Assembly (NCBI GenBank): GCA_964447855.1
Contig: CAYUUH010000001.1
Coordinates: 369 to 64,368, forward strand
Direction of reading: 5' to 3'
DNA: 64,000 nt
From: an uncultured Methanosarcinales archaeon
GTDB taxonomy: Archaea > Nanobdellota > Nanobdellia > Woesearchaeales > JAHWIC01
Shown here piece by piece: positions 17,890-26,951 of the stretch; position 1 is the first letter of the stretch, and each line of letters starts with the position of its first letter. The translations under genes were made by a program, and so were the position numbers. Under the pieces are notes generated by a model that was not told the origin of the DNA, did no database searches, and saw only the letters and a list, made by a program, of their open reading frames with translations.

Positions 17890-19179
17890 ATGCAAAATAG
17901 ACTAAGACATTCAGGAATGGGGTTTGGTTCTGCGCTGACGGTTGCATTGAAGAGTTCGTCATGGACTCCACCAACACCAGACGCATTATTTGACACACGT
18001 ACAGGATTAAGCATAAGTGATAGTATTGGAGGCCAAACTTTATCGATTGGTAATTTCCCTATGACTTTTATGCCGTCAACTGCCGGGACTGACTATTCTT
18101 TGTTTGAGCTTGATATGTTAGCTGAAGCAGAGCCGTCTGATTGGACTATATTAGTTTTAGTAAAACCTCATCCGTTTACAACAGAACAACGCATAGGATA
18201 TTTTCGATACCCTTTTGAGAGAAATTTGACCATACAGTTTTATATGCGTACAACTCCTGCATTAACTCCTAATACTCCATTTACTATACCCACAATTAGT
18301 GCTAAAACATGGACAGAGTGGCAGGCAATAGGATGGGGGCATAATTCGGCTGACAATACTCTAAAGTTAATATGGAATAGTATAATTCAAAGTAAATCTG
18401 ATAATGATGCAGCTTCTGCTAATCCACTGGCAGTTGTATCAATGCAGAACGAAGAGTATGAAAAATTTTATTGTCGTGGTGTATATGCTTTTAATAAGTT
18501 GCTTTCAGATGAAGAAATAGCTAATATAAGATTATATGGGATATTTCCATCAGATAGTAATGTGATTGTTTGCCCATGGTTGGATAGCGAGGATGCTAAA
18601 TTAATGACTAACGGGTATCCATCTGCATTTCAAGATCATTGGGACGGAATAAAAAAATACAAAGGAAAGGGAACTCCTACATCAGCAGTGGAGAGAGGAT
18701 GGTATAATCAAGCAGGTGCAAGACCACCAACTGATCCGTATTCTGCAAGAGATAGTTTATTGACAGGTGCTTATCTTCTTTATAAGGGTTATACAAGACA
18801 GGGAATAAATGTAATCCCCTATAAAACAGATGGTACTAAAGGTTCATGGACTGCCGATGCTGATGATATAGATTATCCTGCAACTTCTGTAATTCATAAC
18901 ATGGCAGATTCATTTATTGATTTTAGCGGGATAACCGATGCTAGTATTAAGGCTTTATTTGATAAGACGAACAGAACTTACTGGAAGGCATCTATTGAGT
19001 CAACTGATTATTATTCGGCGGGTGCTTATCTGTGGCATCCCTCACAGTTAATCAGGGAGTTCATTGAGGTTCATGCTGAAACAGGACACGCTAATCACAT
19101 ATTTTCTTCAATAAGAACATCAAATGGTGTGGTTACTGGTATAAGCGCAATAAGGGTTTATAAAACAAATATTGTATAA
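17890..19179 (+). CDS. carbohydrate-binding-like protein (lectin/LamG-like N-terminal part, discoidin/F5-8-C-like C-terminal part)
   Basis: 429-aa Gly/Thr/Trp-rich β-type composition. C-terminal YLW..SQ...I.V.....I..IR pattern. Confidence 0.35.
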   Translation: MQNRLRHSGMGFGSALTVALKSSSWTPPTPDALFDTRTGLSISDSIGGQTLSIGNFPMTFMPSTAGTDYSLFELDMLAEAEPSDWTILVLVKPHPFTTEQRIGYFRYPFERNLTIQFYMRTTPALTPNTPFTIPTISAKTWTEWQAIGWGHNSADNTLKLIWNSIIQSKSDNDAASANPLAVVSMQNEEYEKFYCRGVYAFNKLLSDEEIANIRLYGIFPSDSNVIVCPWLDSEDAKLMTNGYPSAFQDHWDGIKKYKGKGTPTSAVERGWYNQAGARPPTDPYSARDSLLTGAYLLYKGYTRQGINVIPYKTDGTKGSWTADADDIDYPATSVIHNMADSFIDFSGITDASIKALFDKTNRTYWKASIESTDYYSAGAYLWHPSQLIREFIEVHAETGHANHIFSSIRTSNGVVTGISAIRVYKTNIV

Positions 19180-20362
19180 AATGGCAAATAAAGATACGGT
19201 AGAATCAACATATAATTGCCTTGTGACAAGAAAAAAGGCATACTTATTATTAGTTGGTGGTGATGGTTTGGTGTGTGGTTATCATACAGCAAACGCTAAT
19301 ATGACAGCAGCGGACTTTGCTTTGTATGCCACAGGCGTAGCAACAGATCCAGGAACAGACATTGAGGGCTTTAACATAAACAAAGGCTATAGGTTTGATG
19401 GTCATTGGATGTCGTCGAAACAAATAAATATTTACGAGTTTAAATATCTTAGACCTAATAAATGGAAAAGCAAAATGGGTTCATTTGCAACGGGTGACAC
19501 ATTGCTTGATCCATGTATTCCTTTTTTGGTTGATGGAACAGATAATGGCTACTTTTCTGATGGTACTTTATTTGTTCATCCTTACTGCAATCTTGATACT
19601 TACATAGTAAATGCAGAAGCTACTGACACATGGAGTACAGGCGATACAAATGGATGGCTTTACAGGGCTATGGGGGAATGGGATTATAGTATCAGGTATC
19701 TTGAATTGTTAGGCTATGAAGTTACCGTAATAGGTTTATTGTTCGGGACTATTGCAAACGGTGCTACCGGATCATCTACGCCTGCCGTATATACGGCAGA
19801 AGCAGAAGCAATATTGGCAGCGATAAGAGCTAAATACGGTGCAAATTTACCAGCAGTTTGGGTTACAACTGCATCTCAAACAGGAGCAAGGGCAATAGCT
19901 TATAGAGATGGGATAGTTGCAATATCAGATACTTACCTTTCAGTTTTTGATGATCTTGTTCATTGTAGATCAGCCGTTCCGCCATATTTAAGAACTAAAT
20001 CAGTTGTAAATATGGGCAAGTTTATAGAGTCATGGATAATTAAACATAGATCAGGTTTGAATTTACCAGTTGTTTCAGATGTAGCAATAACTGGTACTTT
20101 GGAGGTAGGTGAAGTCATTGCTCCATCCTATACGTTTACAGGAGGTACGGAAGGAGACAGTAATTATATACTTTTAAGAGCTGATAATAATGCAGGTTTA
20201 AACGAGACGTTTGTGCAAACATATCAGAGAGGTGAAACGATTACTCTTGGTGCTATATCAGGAAAGTACATAAAGTTTATAGTTACTCCGGTACAGACAA
20301 CTAATCCAAAGATAGGAGTAGCTGTTAGAAATGCAAATTGGGAGGGGCCAGTTGGTGCTTAG
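19172..20362 (+). CDS. hypothetical structural or accessory protein with Ig-like C-terminal repeats
   Basis: 396 aa. Confidence 0.35.
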   Translation: MYKMANKDTVESTYNCLVTRKKAYLLLVGGDGLVCGYHTANANMTAADFALYATGVATDPGTDIEGFNINKGYRFDGHWMSSKQINIYEFKYLRPNKWKSKMGSFATGDTLLDPCIPFLVDGTDNGYFSDGTLFVHPYCNLDTYIVNAEATDTWSTGDTNGWLYRAMGEWDYSIRYLELLGYEVTVIGLLFGTIANGATGSSTPAVYTAEAEAILAAIRAKYGANLPAVWVTTASQTGARAIAYRDGIVAISDTYLSVFDDLVHCRSAVPPYLRTKSVVNMGKFIESWIIKHRSGLNLPVVSDVAITGTLEVGEVIAPSYTFTGGTEGDSNYILLRADNNAGLNETFVQTYQRGETITLGAISGKYIKFIVTPVQTTNPKIGVAVRNANWEGPVGA

Positions 20363-20437
20363 TTGCTATGGAGATCAACTCACCTAAAATAGTTGTTAAA
20401 ATATTTGGATAATTGAAATATATGTTTTTACTTTGCT

Positions 20438-21361
20438 GTGAAATCAAACAGTAAAGCAATGAAAACATTCAGTGAAATCCTAGTACCGTTTCTTTCTGAG
20501 AAGGAAATCCAGCTAAAGAAGAAAAGCCTAAACGCATATAAGAATCAAACTAAAGTCTTTTGCGAGTGGCTGAACAGTCAAGGAAAACTTGATATCTCAA
20601 TTTGCGACATCAAGGAAGAAGAAGTATCGCAGTTCTTTCTTTACCTTGCGAGGGACAAAGACCTTGACCGTCCAACCTGTCAGAAGTACTACATAAGCAT
20701 TAAGTCAGTATTTTACTATGCTAAGAAGCGCAAGGAGATAACAGAACTGCCGTTTGACTTAGTGGTGTTCCCGTCAAAGAAAAGGGACTGCTCGGCACAG
20801 CTAATCCCGCAAGAGGCTATGAAGCTATTGTTTGAAGACATAAAAGAGAACGACTATCAACTCTTTCTAGCTTGCATGATTGAGTACTACTGCTTCATAA
20901 GGCCAGGTAATGAGATGAGAAACCTTAAGCCCACAAACTTTGATTTAAAGAGTGGCACGATACGCATTGACGCCTCGATAGCTAAGAATAAGAGAGCAAG
21001 AACAGTTACCATGCCCACACAGTTAATAGAGTACTGTAAAGAGTATGGAATAGATAAGGAGAACAGTAACCGCTATGTCTTTGGATGCAATAGGTACTTC
21101 GATACAAAGCCGGTATCAGAGAACATGCTAAGGTATAGATTTAATAGATTCAGGGATAAGCATAATATAAGCAAGGGGGTTAAGCTCTATAGTTTTAAGC
21201 ACCAAGGATGCACCACGCTTCACCAAACAAGGCTAGTATCTACCTTCGACCTGATGACACAGCTTGGGCATAGCAATCTTACAAGCACACAACACTACCT
21301 AAAGAAGGTGGCGGGTAATATTAACAGTGAGATAAGGAATAATTTTCCAAGTCCTATATAA
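20438..21361 (+). CDS. tyrosine recombinase / phage integrase family (XerC/D-like size)
   Basis: N-terminal SAM-like domain. AKNKRARTVTMP box, LGHSNLTSTQHYLKKV C-terminal box with the catalytic Tyr. The HxxR box reads KHQGC, so the second catalytic Arg appears to be absent. Confidence 0.6.
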   Translation: MKSNSKAMKTFSEILVPFLSEKEIQLKKKSLNAYKNQTKVFCEWLNSQGKLDISICDIKEEEVSQFFLYLARDKDLDRPTCQKYYISIKSVFYYAKKRKEITELPFDLVVFPSKKRDCSAQLIPQEAMKLLFEDIKENDYQLFLACMIEYYCFIRPGNEMRNLKPTNFDLKSGTIRIDASIAKNKRARTVTMPTQLIEYCKEYGIDKENSNRYVFGCNRYFDTKPVSENMLRYRFNRFRDKHNISKGVKLYSFKHQGCTTLHQTRLVSTFDLMTQLGHSNLTSTQHYLKKVAGNINSEIRNNFPSPI

Positions 21362-21365
21362 TTCT

Positions 21366-21373
21366 TATCTTTG
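21366..21373 (+). promoter_or_regulatory. -7 box within TTATCTTTGCATAAAATAAG
   Basis: 17 nt upstream of ATG 21390. Confidence 0.5.
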
Positions 21374-21389
21374 CATAAAATAAGTTATT

Positions 21390-21632
21390 ATGGCAAATGC
21401 CCAAGAGAGACTCAAGGTGTTCGAGAATATTATAGCAAGGGTTGGGCTTGATGGCCCTGTCTTGGAAGAGTACAGTAAAGCAATGTCCACCTTGAATGGT
21501 TTACAGACCATGACTGAGATGACACCACCGCCAATGCCTCCGCAAGGTCAAAATATGACAAATACGCCACAATTACCCCCGAATGGCACTACGATACCGC
21601 CAATGGGTAGTAATGGCTCTATGATGCCTTAA
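21390..21632 (+). CDS. small Pro/Met-rich protein
   Basis: 80 aa, with own promoter and terminator. Confidence 0.4.
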   Translation: MANAQERLKVFENIIARVGLDGPVLEEYSKAMSTLNGLQTMTEMTPPPMPPQGQNMTNTPQLPPNGTTIPPMGSNGSMMP

Positions 21633-21657
21633 AATCGCTTAAAATAGCATTATATTA

Positions 21658-21688
21658 AACCACTCTTAACGGGGTGGTTTTTCTGTTT
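21658..21688 (+). terminator. intrinsic terminator (AACCAC/GTGGTT stem followed by a T-run)
   Basis: aaccactcttaacggggtggtttttctgtttt. Confidence 0.5.
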
Positions 21689-21712
21689 TAAAACGATATT
21701 AAATATTATATT

Positions 21713-21720
21713 TATCTTTG
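21713..21720 (+). promoter_or_regulatory. -7 box within TTTATCTTTGCATAAAATAAG
   Basis: Upstream of ATG 21752. Confidence 0.5.
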
Positions 21721-21751
21721 CATAAAATAAGAGAAAGAAAAATTATAGATT

Positions 21752-22885
21752 ATGGCATTTGAACACATGAACACAACGCCACCGGCAGACTTAGTTCCTC
21801 CTGTGGCAGATAATAGTCAGGTAACACCTCCTGCTGAAGTGACACCCCCTGTGGTTGGGACGCCTCCCGCAGAGCCAACACCCCCGCAAGAGCCTAAGCC
21901 AGACGAGTTCTTTGAGACATTTAAGAAACGTTACAACGCAGAAGTAAAGAGTGACGATGAGATTAAGGAGCTTTTCTCCCTTAAGGGTAAGGTAGGAGAG
22001 TATGAGACTAAGCTCAAAGATTACGATGAACTGAAAACAGGCGTTGAAAAATATAAAAAAGAATTGGAAGACACGAAGACCTCTTATATGAGTGATCTTC
22101 TTGCTAAACCACTCTTAAAGCAAGCCTTTGTTGCGTCACAACTGCAAGAGAAGCACCCAAACTTGGATAAGGATGTCCTAGCTGAACTTGCGATGTCAGA
22201 CATTGACAAAATGGGAGATTTAGAGGTTATCGCACGGGAGCGTAAACTGAGAGTACCCAAAGCGTCAATAGAAAACCTAAAGGCTGTCATAAGAAAAGAG
22301 ATAGGCGTAGATGCTGATCAGTCCGAAAGTGAATGGTCTGACCTAGCAAACACCGAACTCGCTATTAAGGCAGCAGACGCAAGAGAAAAGGTCAAACAGT
22401 TACTTAGCGGTATTGAACTACCGAAAGTAGTTACTAAAGAAGAAAGAGATAGGCTCGCCAACGAAAGTCTTACGGATAAGACCAAGAGAGCAGAACCCTT
22501 CAAAGAAATCTTTAGCAAGTTTGATGCTTATAAGAACGGAGACTTTGAATTTGCAGTCCCCGATGAGTTTAAAGCCAAAGTACCTGAAATCTTTAAAGGA
22601 ATGTTTATTGATGGAGGGGTAGAGATAAATGAGGCGAATCTGGCAACGGCAGAACTAATCAAGAAAGCCCTCTTTGTAGAGGAATACCTGCCAAAGATGC
22701 TTGAGGTGAGAGATAAACTTACCGAAGCAAGGATAAAGGCAGAGTACGATAAGTTAGTGCATAACGATACGCCACCAAATACAGCTACGGCAGCAGACAA
22801 TCAGACAGGGGGGGCAGACCCGAATCGCCCAAGTGTTAGTAAGTTCTTCCAAGACCAAACAGGCAATAGAGCTACTAAACTTTAA
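21752..22885 (+). CDS. scaffolding-like protein (Pro/Thr-rich N-terminus, acidic coiled coil)
   Basis: 377 aa immediately upstream of the capsid-like gene. Composition is typical of scaffold proteins. Confidence 0.4.
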   Translation: MAFEHMNTTPPADLVPPVADNSQVTPPAEVTPPVVGTPPAEPTPPQEPKPDEFFETFKKRYNAEVKSDDEIKELFSLKGKVGEYETKLKDYDELKTGVEKYKKELEDTKTSYMSDLLAKPLLKQAFVASQLQEKHPNLDKDVLAELAMSDIDKMGDLEVIARERKLRVPKASIENLKAVIRKEIGVDADQSESEWSDLANTELAIKAADAREKVKQLLSGIELPKVVTKEERDRLANESLTDKTKRAEPFKEIFSKFDAYKNGDFEFAVPDEFKAKVPEIFKGMFIDGGVEINEANLATAELIKKALFVEEYLPKMLEVRDKLTEARIKAEYDKLVHNDTPPNTATAADNQTGGADPNRPSVSKFFQDQTGNRATKL

Positions 22886-22901
22886 AAACATTTAAAAACA
22901 C

Positions 22902-24353
22902 ATGTCAACAATAACACTCGGAACTATTAGTTCCACAACTAACAACCAGCGTTACGGATATTCATTTGATAGTATCTATAACACCATGCTGAAGCCACAG
23001 ATTTATGGCGACTATATCAAGTATTATGGCAAAGGAGTAGGACTCCTTGAAATGGCTTACCTCGCAGGGACAACTGTTAATATAGCAGGTTCGTCCAAGA
23101 CTGTATGGGAAGAAGGTTCACTGACCAAACTCGTTAAGTTGAATGGTGCTATCGCAGCCGCAGCCGCAGGTGCAGATATTACCTTCTCCTTGGATGCTGC
23201 TGAATTTGATGCTAACCACGCATCTTATCTTAACACCCACGATCAGATTGTTATCCCTGCTGAGTATATTGAAGAAGGTGGCGTTCCCGCTACAATTCCT
23301 CATCTCTACCAGGTAACAGGAAACGATGGTGGAGTAGATGCCGCTAGAGTTTATACAGCAAGACCTCTCTTAGTTACTACTGAACTTGCAGTTGCAGTTC
23401 CCGATGATACCGAACTTATGGTAACAGGTGGTAACTACGCCCTCGAAAGCGCAGGAGGTTATGTTAAGTCAAGCGGATGGTATTCAAGAACCTTCTACAA
23501 CTCAATCAAAAAACACGATTGGGCTATCGGAGGTGGAACACAGAGCAACCAGAGGTACTACGAAGAACTGCGTGGCGGTGGAACAGGTATCCTTTCCAAA
23601 CTGACCATGGAAGCTGACTACTGGCTTGATAAATACATCAACGATGAGATATTCCTTGGCTTGGGTGTTACCAACACAACCCTGACCATGAACAACAGGA
23701 ACTCCGTTGCAGTACCCGTAGCAGGAACAGTGGGTGTGCTTCGCCACCTAGAGCAGAGAGCTATGAGGCAGTACTACACAGCCGCATATCAGATGTCAGA
23801 CTTTGACGATATCAAAGACCTTCTTCAGTCACAGGGCGTAACAGAGAGAAACGTAGCTTTCCTCATGGGTTCAAGCCTCTACAAGCAGGTAGAAAACAGC
23901 GGTCTTGACTTCATCAAGGAATTTAGTGGTGGAACAGACCTCATGAAGACCCTCGGTGATATCAACGTAGCTTTTAGGGCAATCAATAAGAACGGTGTTT
24001 ACACCATGTTCAAAGAACTGCCTTCACTGAGCGACCCAACAGCCTACGGAGCAGAAGCCTTCAATGACTACTTCAAGGATTGGGGTATGATTGTACCGGA
24101 GGTTGATGTAACCGTCAAAGGTAGTCTTGAGTCACCTGAGTCATTCAAACTTAGGAACCTGACAATGGGATTCAAGTCATATAACGGTGAGAACCGCACA
24201 AGGGTAGTTAAAGACATACCGAGTATGGCAGGACAGGGGAATGTTGCCGTCGACAATTACGACGACAGCCGCGGCTCGATGCTTAGTGAGTTCAGTCTCA
24301 TATTCAATAAGGTTAACCAGTGTATCATGGTTCAGAACGATAATATCTTATGA
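22902..24353 (+). CDS. putative major capsid protein
   Basis: 483 aa directly after the scaffold-like gene, followed by a strong GC-stem terminator. Inferred from context. Confidence 0.45.
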   Translation: MSTITLGTISSTTNNQRYGYSFDSIYNTMLKPQIYGDYIKYYGKGVGLLEMAYLAGTTVNIAGSSKTVWEEGSLTKLVKLNGAIAAAAAGADITFSLDAAEFDANHASYLNTHDQIVIPAEYIEEGGVPATIPHLYQVTGNDGGVDAARVYTARPLLVTTELAVAVPDDTELMVTGGNYALESAGGYVKSSGWYSRTFYNSIKKHDWAIGGGTQSNQRYYEELRGGGTGILSKLTMEADYWLDKYINDEIFLGLGVTNTTLTMNNRNSVAVPVAGTVGVLRHLEQRAMRQYYTAAYQMSDFDDIKDLLQSQGVTERNVAFLMGSSLYKQVENSGLDFIKEFSGGTDLMKTLGDINVAFRAINKNGVYTMFKELPSLSDPTAYGAEAFNDYFKDWGMIVPEVDVTVKGSLESPESFKLRNLTMGFKSYNGENRTRVVKDIPSMAGQGNVAVDNYDDSRGSMLSEFSLIFNKVNQCIMVQNDNIL

Positions 24354-24377
24354 GTTTAATACTTAGATAGTTACAAA

Positions 24378-24408
24378 GGGCGGTTAGAAATATCCGCCCT
24401 TTTATTTT
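24378..24408 (+). terminator. intrinsic terminator (GGGCGG/CCGCCC stem followed by TTTTATTTTG)
   Basis: agggcggttagaaatatccgcccttttattttg. Confidence 0.6.
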
Positions 24409-24462
24409 GTAAATCCAATTGTTGTTTTTATATTTGTGAAATAATAATTAAAAATTTAAACC

Positions 24463-24744
24463 ATGTCAAAACAACAAGATGCATTTAAAAGGTGTGATGA
24501 GATAAGCGATGAGCTTGAAGTTTTTTTTAATAGCTTATCTAAAAAGAATAAAAGAGAAATAGGAAAACTGATCTGCGGTCATATAGCTACGCTTTCGGCA
24601 GACCTTGACAAAAATATCTTTGATCCACTAAAGGTATTAAGTGAGGCGCAGAAAGACCTACAAGCTATCATAGCGGAAGAAGTAGATGGTCAGATAGAGA
24701 AGGAATTACTAGATTATGTTAATAAAACTAAGGATCAAAAATAA
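24463..24744 (+). CDS. hypothetical protein
   Basis: 93-aa ORF. Confidence 0.4.
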   Translation: MSKQQDAFKRCDEISDELEVFFNSLSKKNKREIGKLICGHIATLSADLDKNIFDPLKVLSEAQKDLQAIIAEEVDGQIEKELLDYVNKTKDQK

Positions 24745-24748
24745 TTCT

Positions 24749-24756
24749 TATCTTTG
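24749..24756 (+). promoter_or_regulatory. -7 box TATCTTTG
   Basis: attcttatctttgcactg. ATG at 24784. Confidence 0.45.
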
Positions 24757-24783
24757 CACTGAAAAACAAAAACAAGAAAGAAA

Positions 24784-25854
24784 ATGCTATTACTCGATTC
24801 TGTTCCTCTGAATTTAGAGGACATCAACGATCCAAAGGCAAAGCACTACGAATTTGCCAAGGAGTACAATAACACGATTGCTTATCTCCACGACAACTAC
24901 AAGAACGGCTACATCCGCTTTAAGAGGCTGGGTGCAGTCACGTACACTAAGGGGGCTGACGAAAGGGGTAATGAGATACCTAAGATGGCAGAACCCGTAA
25001 GACCATGGCGCATACCGCTATCTGCATCGGCAGTAACAGGCAATAAGGGGAAACATTACTGGTCATGTTGCATGAGCACGCCAGAGCCTAAAGCTAATGG
25101 ACTATGGGATATGGGCAGAACAAAGTCTATGTCTATTAAGGAGGATATCTTAGTTAATATAAATGAGAATCCCGACCTAGCTTTCTTCCTTTATAAGATA
25201 ACCCCCTTTGTAAGAAGGGGACTTATTAAGATTGTAGACCCAAAACTCGACGACGAGACACTTGGTTCGGCAGAAAGAGAACTTACAGAAAGAAAGTACG
25301 CTGTATGGAATATGCTTGGTGATGAGACTAAGCTAAGGACTATGGCGAGGGCTTACGGCATGAACGCTGTGGACTCAATGCAGCCTAACGCTATCAGGAA
25401 GGCACTTGAGGAGTTACTTGAGAGAAATGATAAGGCTAAGAGGCAGAATCCTGCTATTAAGGGCACTAAAGAGTTCATTGAGGAGATGAAGGTCACAGAC
25501 AGCTTGCTACTTAGAAACTTCATGCAGAAGGCTATTGACGACAAGAAACTGACATGGAAGGGCGATGGCAGGTGGAAGATAGGTGAGAAGATCGTATGTC
25601 AAGTTCCCTCGCAGGAGACTCTGAGAAGGAATGATTATCTATGCAACTGGCTCATGGCAGGGAATAACACTGATAAGCTGAAAGAGTTTATCGTTGACCT
25701 AGTAGATAAGGATTACCTTGACACGATACCTGATACCAAAGACGGACGGAAAGAATGGGAGTGGTTCGCTGGTATAGCAGGTATCACCACGGTAGCAAAA
25801 AAGACAGGAGAGATTAAAGATTTTGTCTATAAGACCTTTTGTCCCCTCGGGTAG
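24784..25854 (+). CDS. hypothetical virion-module protein
   Basis: 356-aa ORF followed by a terminator. Confidence 0.45.
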   Translation: MLLLDSVPLNLEDINDPKAKHYEFAKEYNNTIAYLHDNYKNGYIRFKRLGAVTYTKGADERGNEIPKMAEPVRPWRIPLSASAVTGNKGKHYWSCCMSTPEPKANGLWDMGRTKSMSIKEDILVNINENPDLAFFLYKITPFVRRGLIKIVDPKLDDETLGSAERELTERKYAVWNMLGDETKLRTMARAYGMNAVDSMQPNAIRKALEELLERNDKAKRQNPAIKGTKEFIEEMKVTDSLLLRNFMQKAIDDKKLTWKGDGRWKIGEKIVCQVPSQETLRRNDYLCNWLMAGNNTDKLKEFIVDLVDKDYLDTIPDTKDGRKEWEWFAGIAGITTVAKKTGEIKDFVYKTFCPLG

Positions 25855-25890
25855 GGGAATTTTCTGACGGCAGAGGCCGCTCTTGTTTTG

Positions 25891-25920
25891 CCCCCGACTT
25901 CGGTCGGGGTTTTGTGTTTT
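25891..25920 (+). terminator. intrinsic terminator (CCCCGAC-TTCG-GTCGGGG followed by TTTTGTGTTTT)
   Basis: cccccgacttcggtcggggttttgtgtttt. Confidence 0.6.
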
Positions 25921-25941
25921 CAGACATTCATAAATAAGAGT

Positions 25942-25949
25942 TATCTTTG
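25942..25949 (+). promoter_or_regulatory. -7 box TATCTTTG
   Basis: gagttatctttgcattg. Confidence 0.45.
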
Positions 25950-26032
25950 CATTGGGATAGCTAAGGTTGATCTCTTAGCGATAAGGACATGCCAACATCC
26001 TTCCCCATCTTTTTAGTTGGCGTAATTAAATT

Positions 26033-26920
26033 GTGGCAAATATGAGAATTGGATTCGTTTATTTGATAATGTCTATTGTTAGACCAGATAGGTGTTATGT
26101 GGGCAGTTCTGTAGATTTGAGAGATAGGTGGAGTGGTCATAGGAGGAAACTTGCATTACAACAACATCATTCAGTAAAACTACAGAGGCATTTTAATAAG
26201 CATGGGTTGGATGATTTAATCTTTATAGTTATTGAAAAGATAGATGTTTTTAATCTTAATGATTTAATAAGGGTAGAGCAGTTTTATATTGATTTATTAA
26301 AACCTTACTTCAATATGTCTCCTACTGCGGGGAGTAATAAAAATTTGGAGCTTACACAAGAGCAGAGAGATAAGATGAACAAAAAACCGGTGTCTTTAGA
26401 GACAAGAGAAAAACAAAGACAGGCTAAATTAGGTAAAAAAAGAGGTTCTCCATCAGAAGAAACCAGAAGAAAAATGAGGGAAAGTAATCTAGGGAGGAAA
26501 GTAAGCCCTGAGACCATTTTAAAACTATCTGAGTCTCATAAGGGCAAGAAACCAACAAAAGAACAGATAGAGAAAAACAGACTTTCTAATACGGGGAAGA
26601 AACAGAAAATAGAGTCTGTCGCAAAAACACTGCTAACAAAAGAAGGGATAGAGCATACTGATGAAAATATAAATATAATGATATTGCGTATTTTAGAAAA
26701 AAGGGAGAGTAAAAAGAATAAAAGAAGTGCAGAGGAAATAAATAAAAGGAAAAGTGAGATATTAAAAAAATATTTCATAGAACATCCAGAGGCTCGTGAT
26801 CATTTAAGCAAGATACAGAAGGGGAGAAAAATGTCCGATAAGGCTATTGAAAACATGAAAATAGGACAAAAGACAAGGAGGGATAAGGAAAGGCTAAATA
26901 GGGAAAATGGTGTTATTTAA
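26033..26920 (+). CDS. GIY-YIG homing endonuclease with tandem NUMOD3-like DNA-binding repeats
   Basis: GFVYLI...CYVGSSVDLRDRWSGH is the GIY-YIG signature. Repeated T.E.R.K...G motifs follow. Paralog of 34305-35000. Confidence 0.75.
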   Translation: MANMRIGFVYLIMSIVRPDRCYVGSSVDLRDRWSGHRRKLALQQHHSVKLQRHFNKHGLDDLIFIVIEKIDVFNLNDLIRVEQFYIDLLKPYFNMSPTAGSNKNLELTQEQRDKMNKKPVSLETREKQRQAKLGKKRGSPSEETRRKMRESNLGRKVSPETILKLSESHKGKKPTKEQIEKNRLSNTGKKQKIESVAKTLLTKEGIEHTDENINIMILRILEKRESKKNKRSAEEINKRKSEILKKYFIEHPEARDHLSKIQKGRKMSDKAIENMKIGQKTRRDKERLNRENGVI

Positions 26921-26928
26921 AAAGGTAG

Positions 26929-26936
26929 TATCTTTG
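26929..26936 (+). promoter_or_regulatory. -7 box TATCTTTG
   Basis: ggtagtatctttgtgaaa. ATG at 26952. Confidence 0.45.
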
Positions 26937-26951
26937 TGAAAAATAAAGCAA

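Noticed and set aside
22084-23747. Minus-strand ORFs inside large rightward genes (for example 22084-22800, 23118-23747, 40638-43283, 17365-17998)
   Set aside because: They lie antisense within long, well-supported coding regions, have low-complexity Ser/Leu/Cys-rich translations, and lack promoters. They are typical shadow ORFs.
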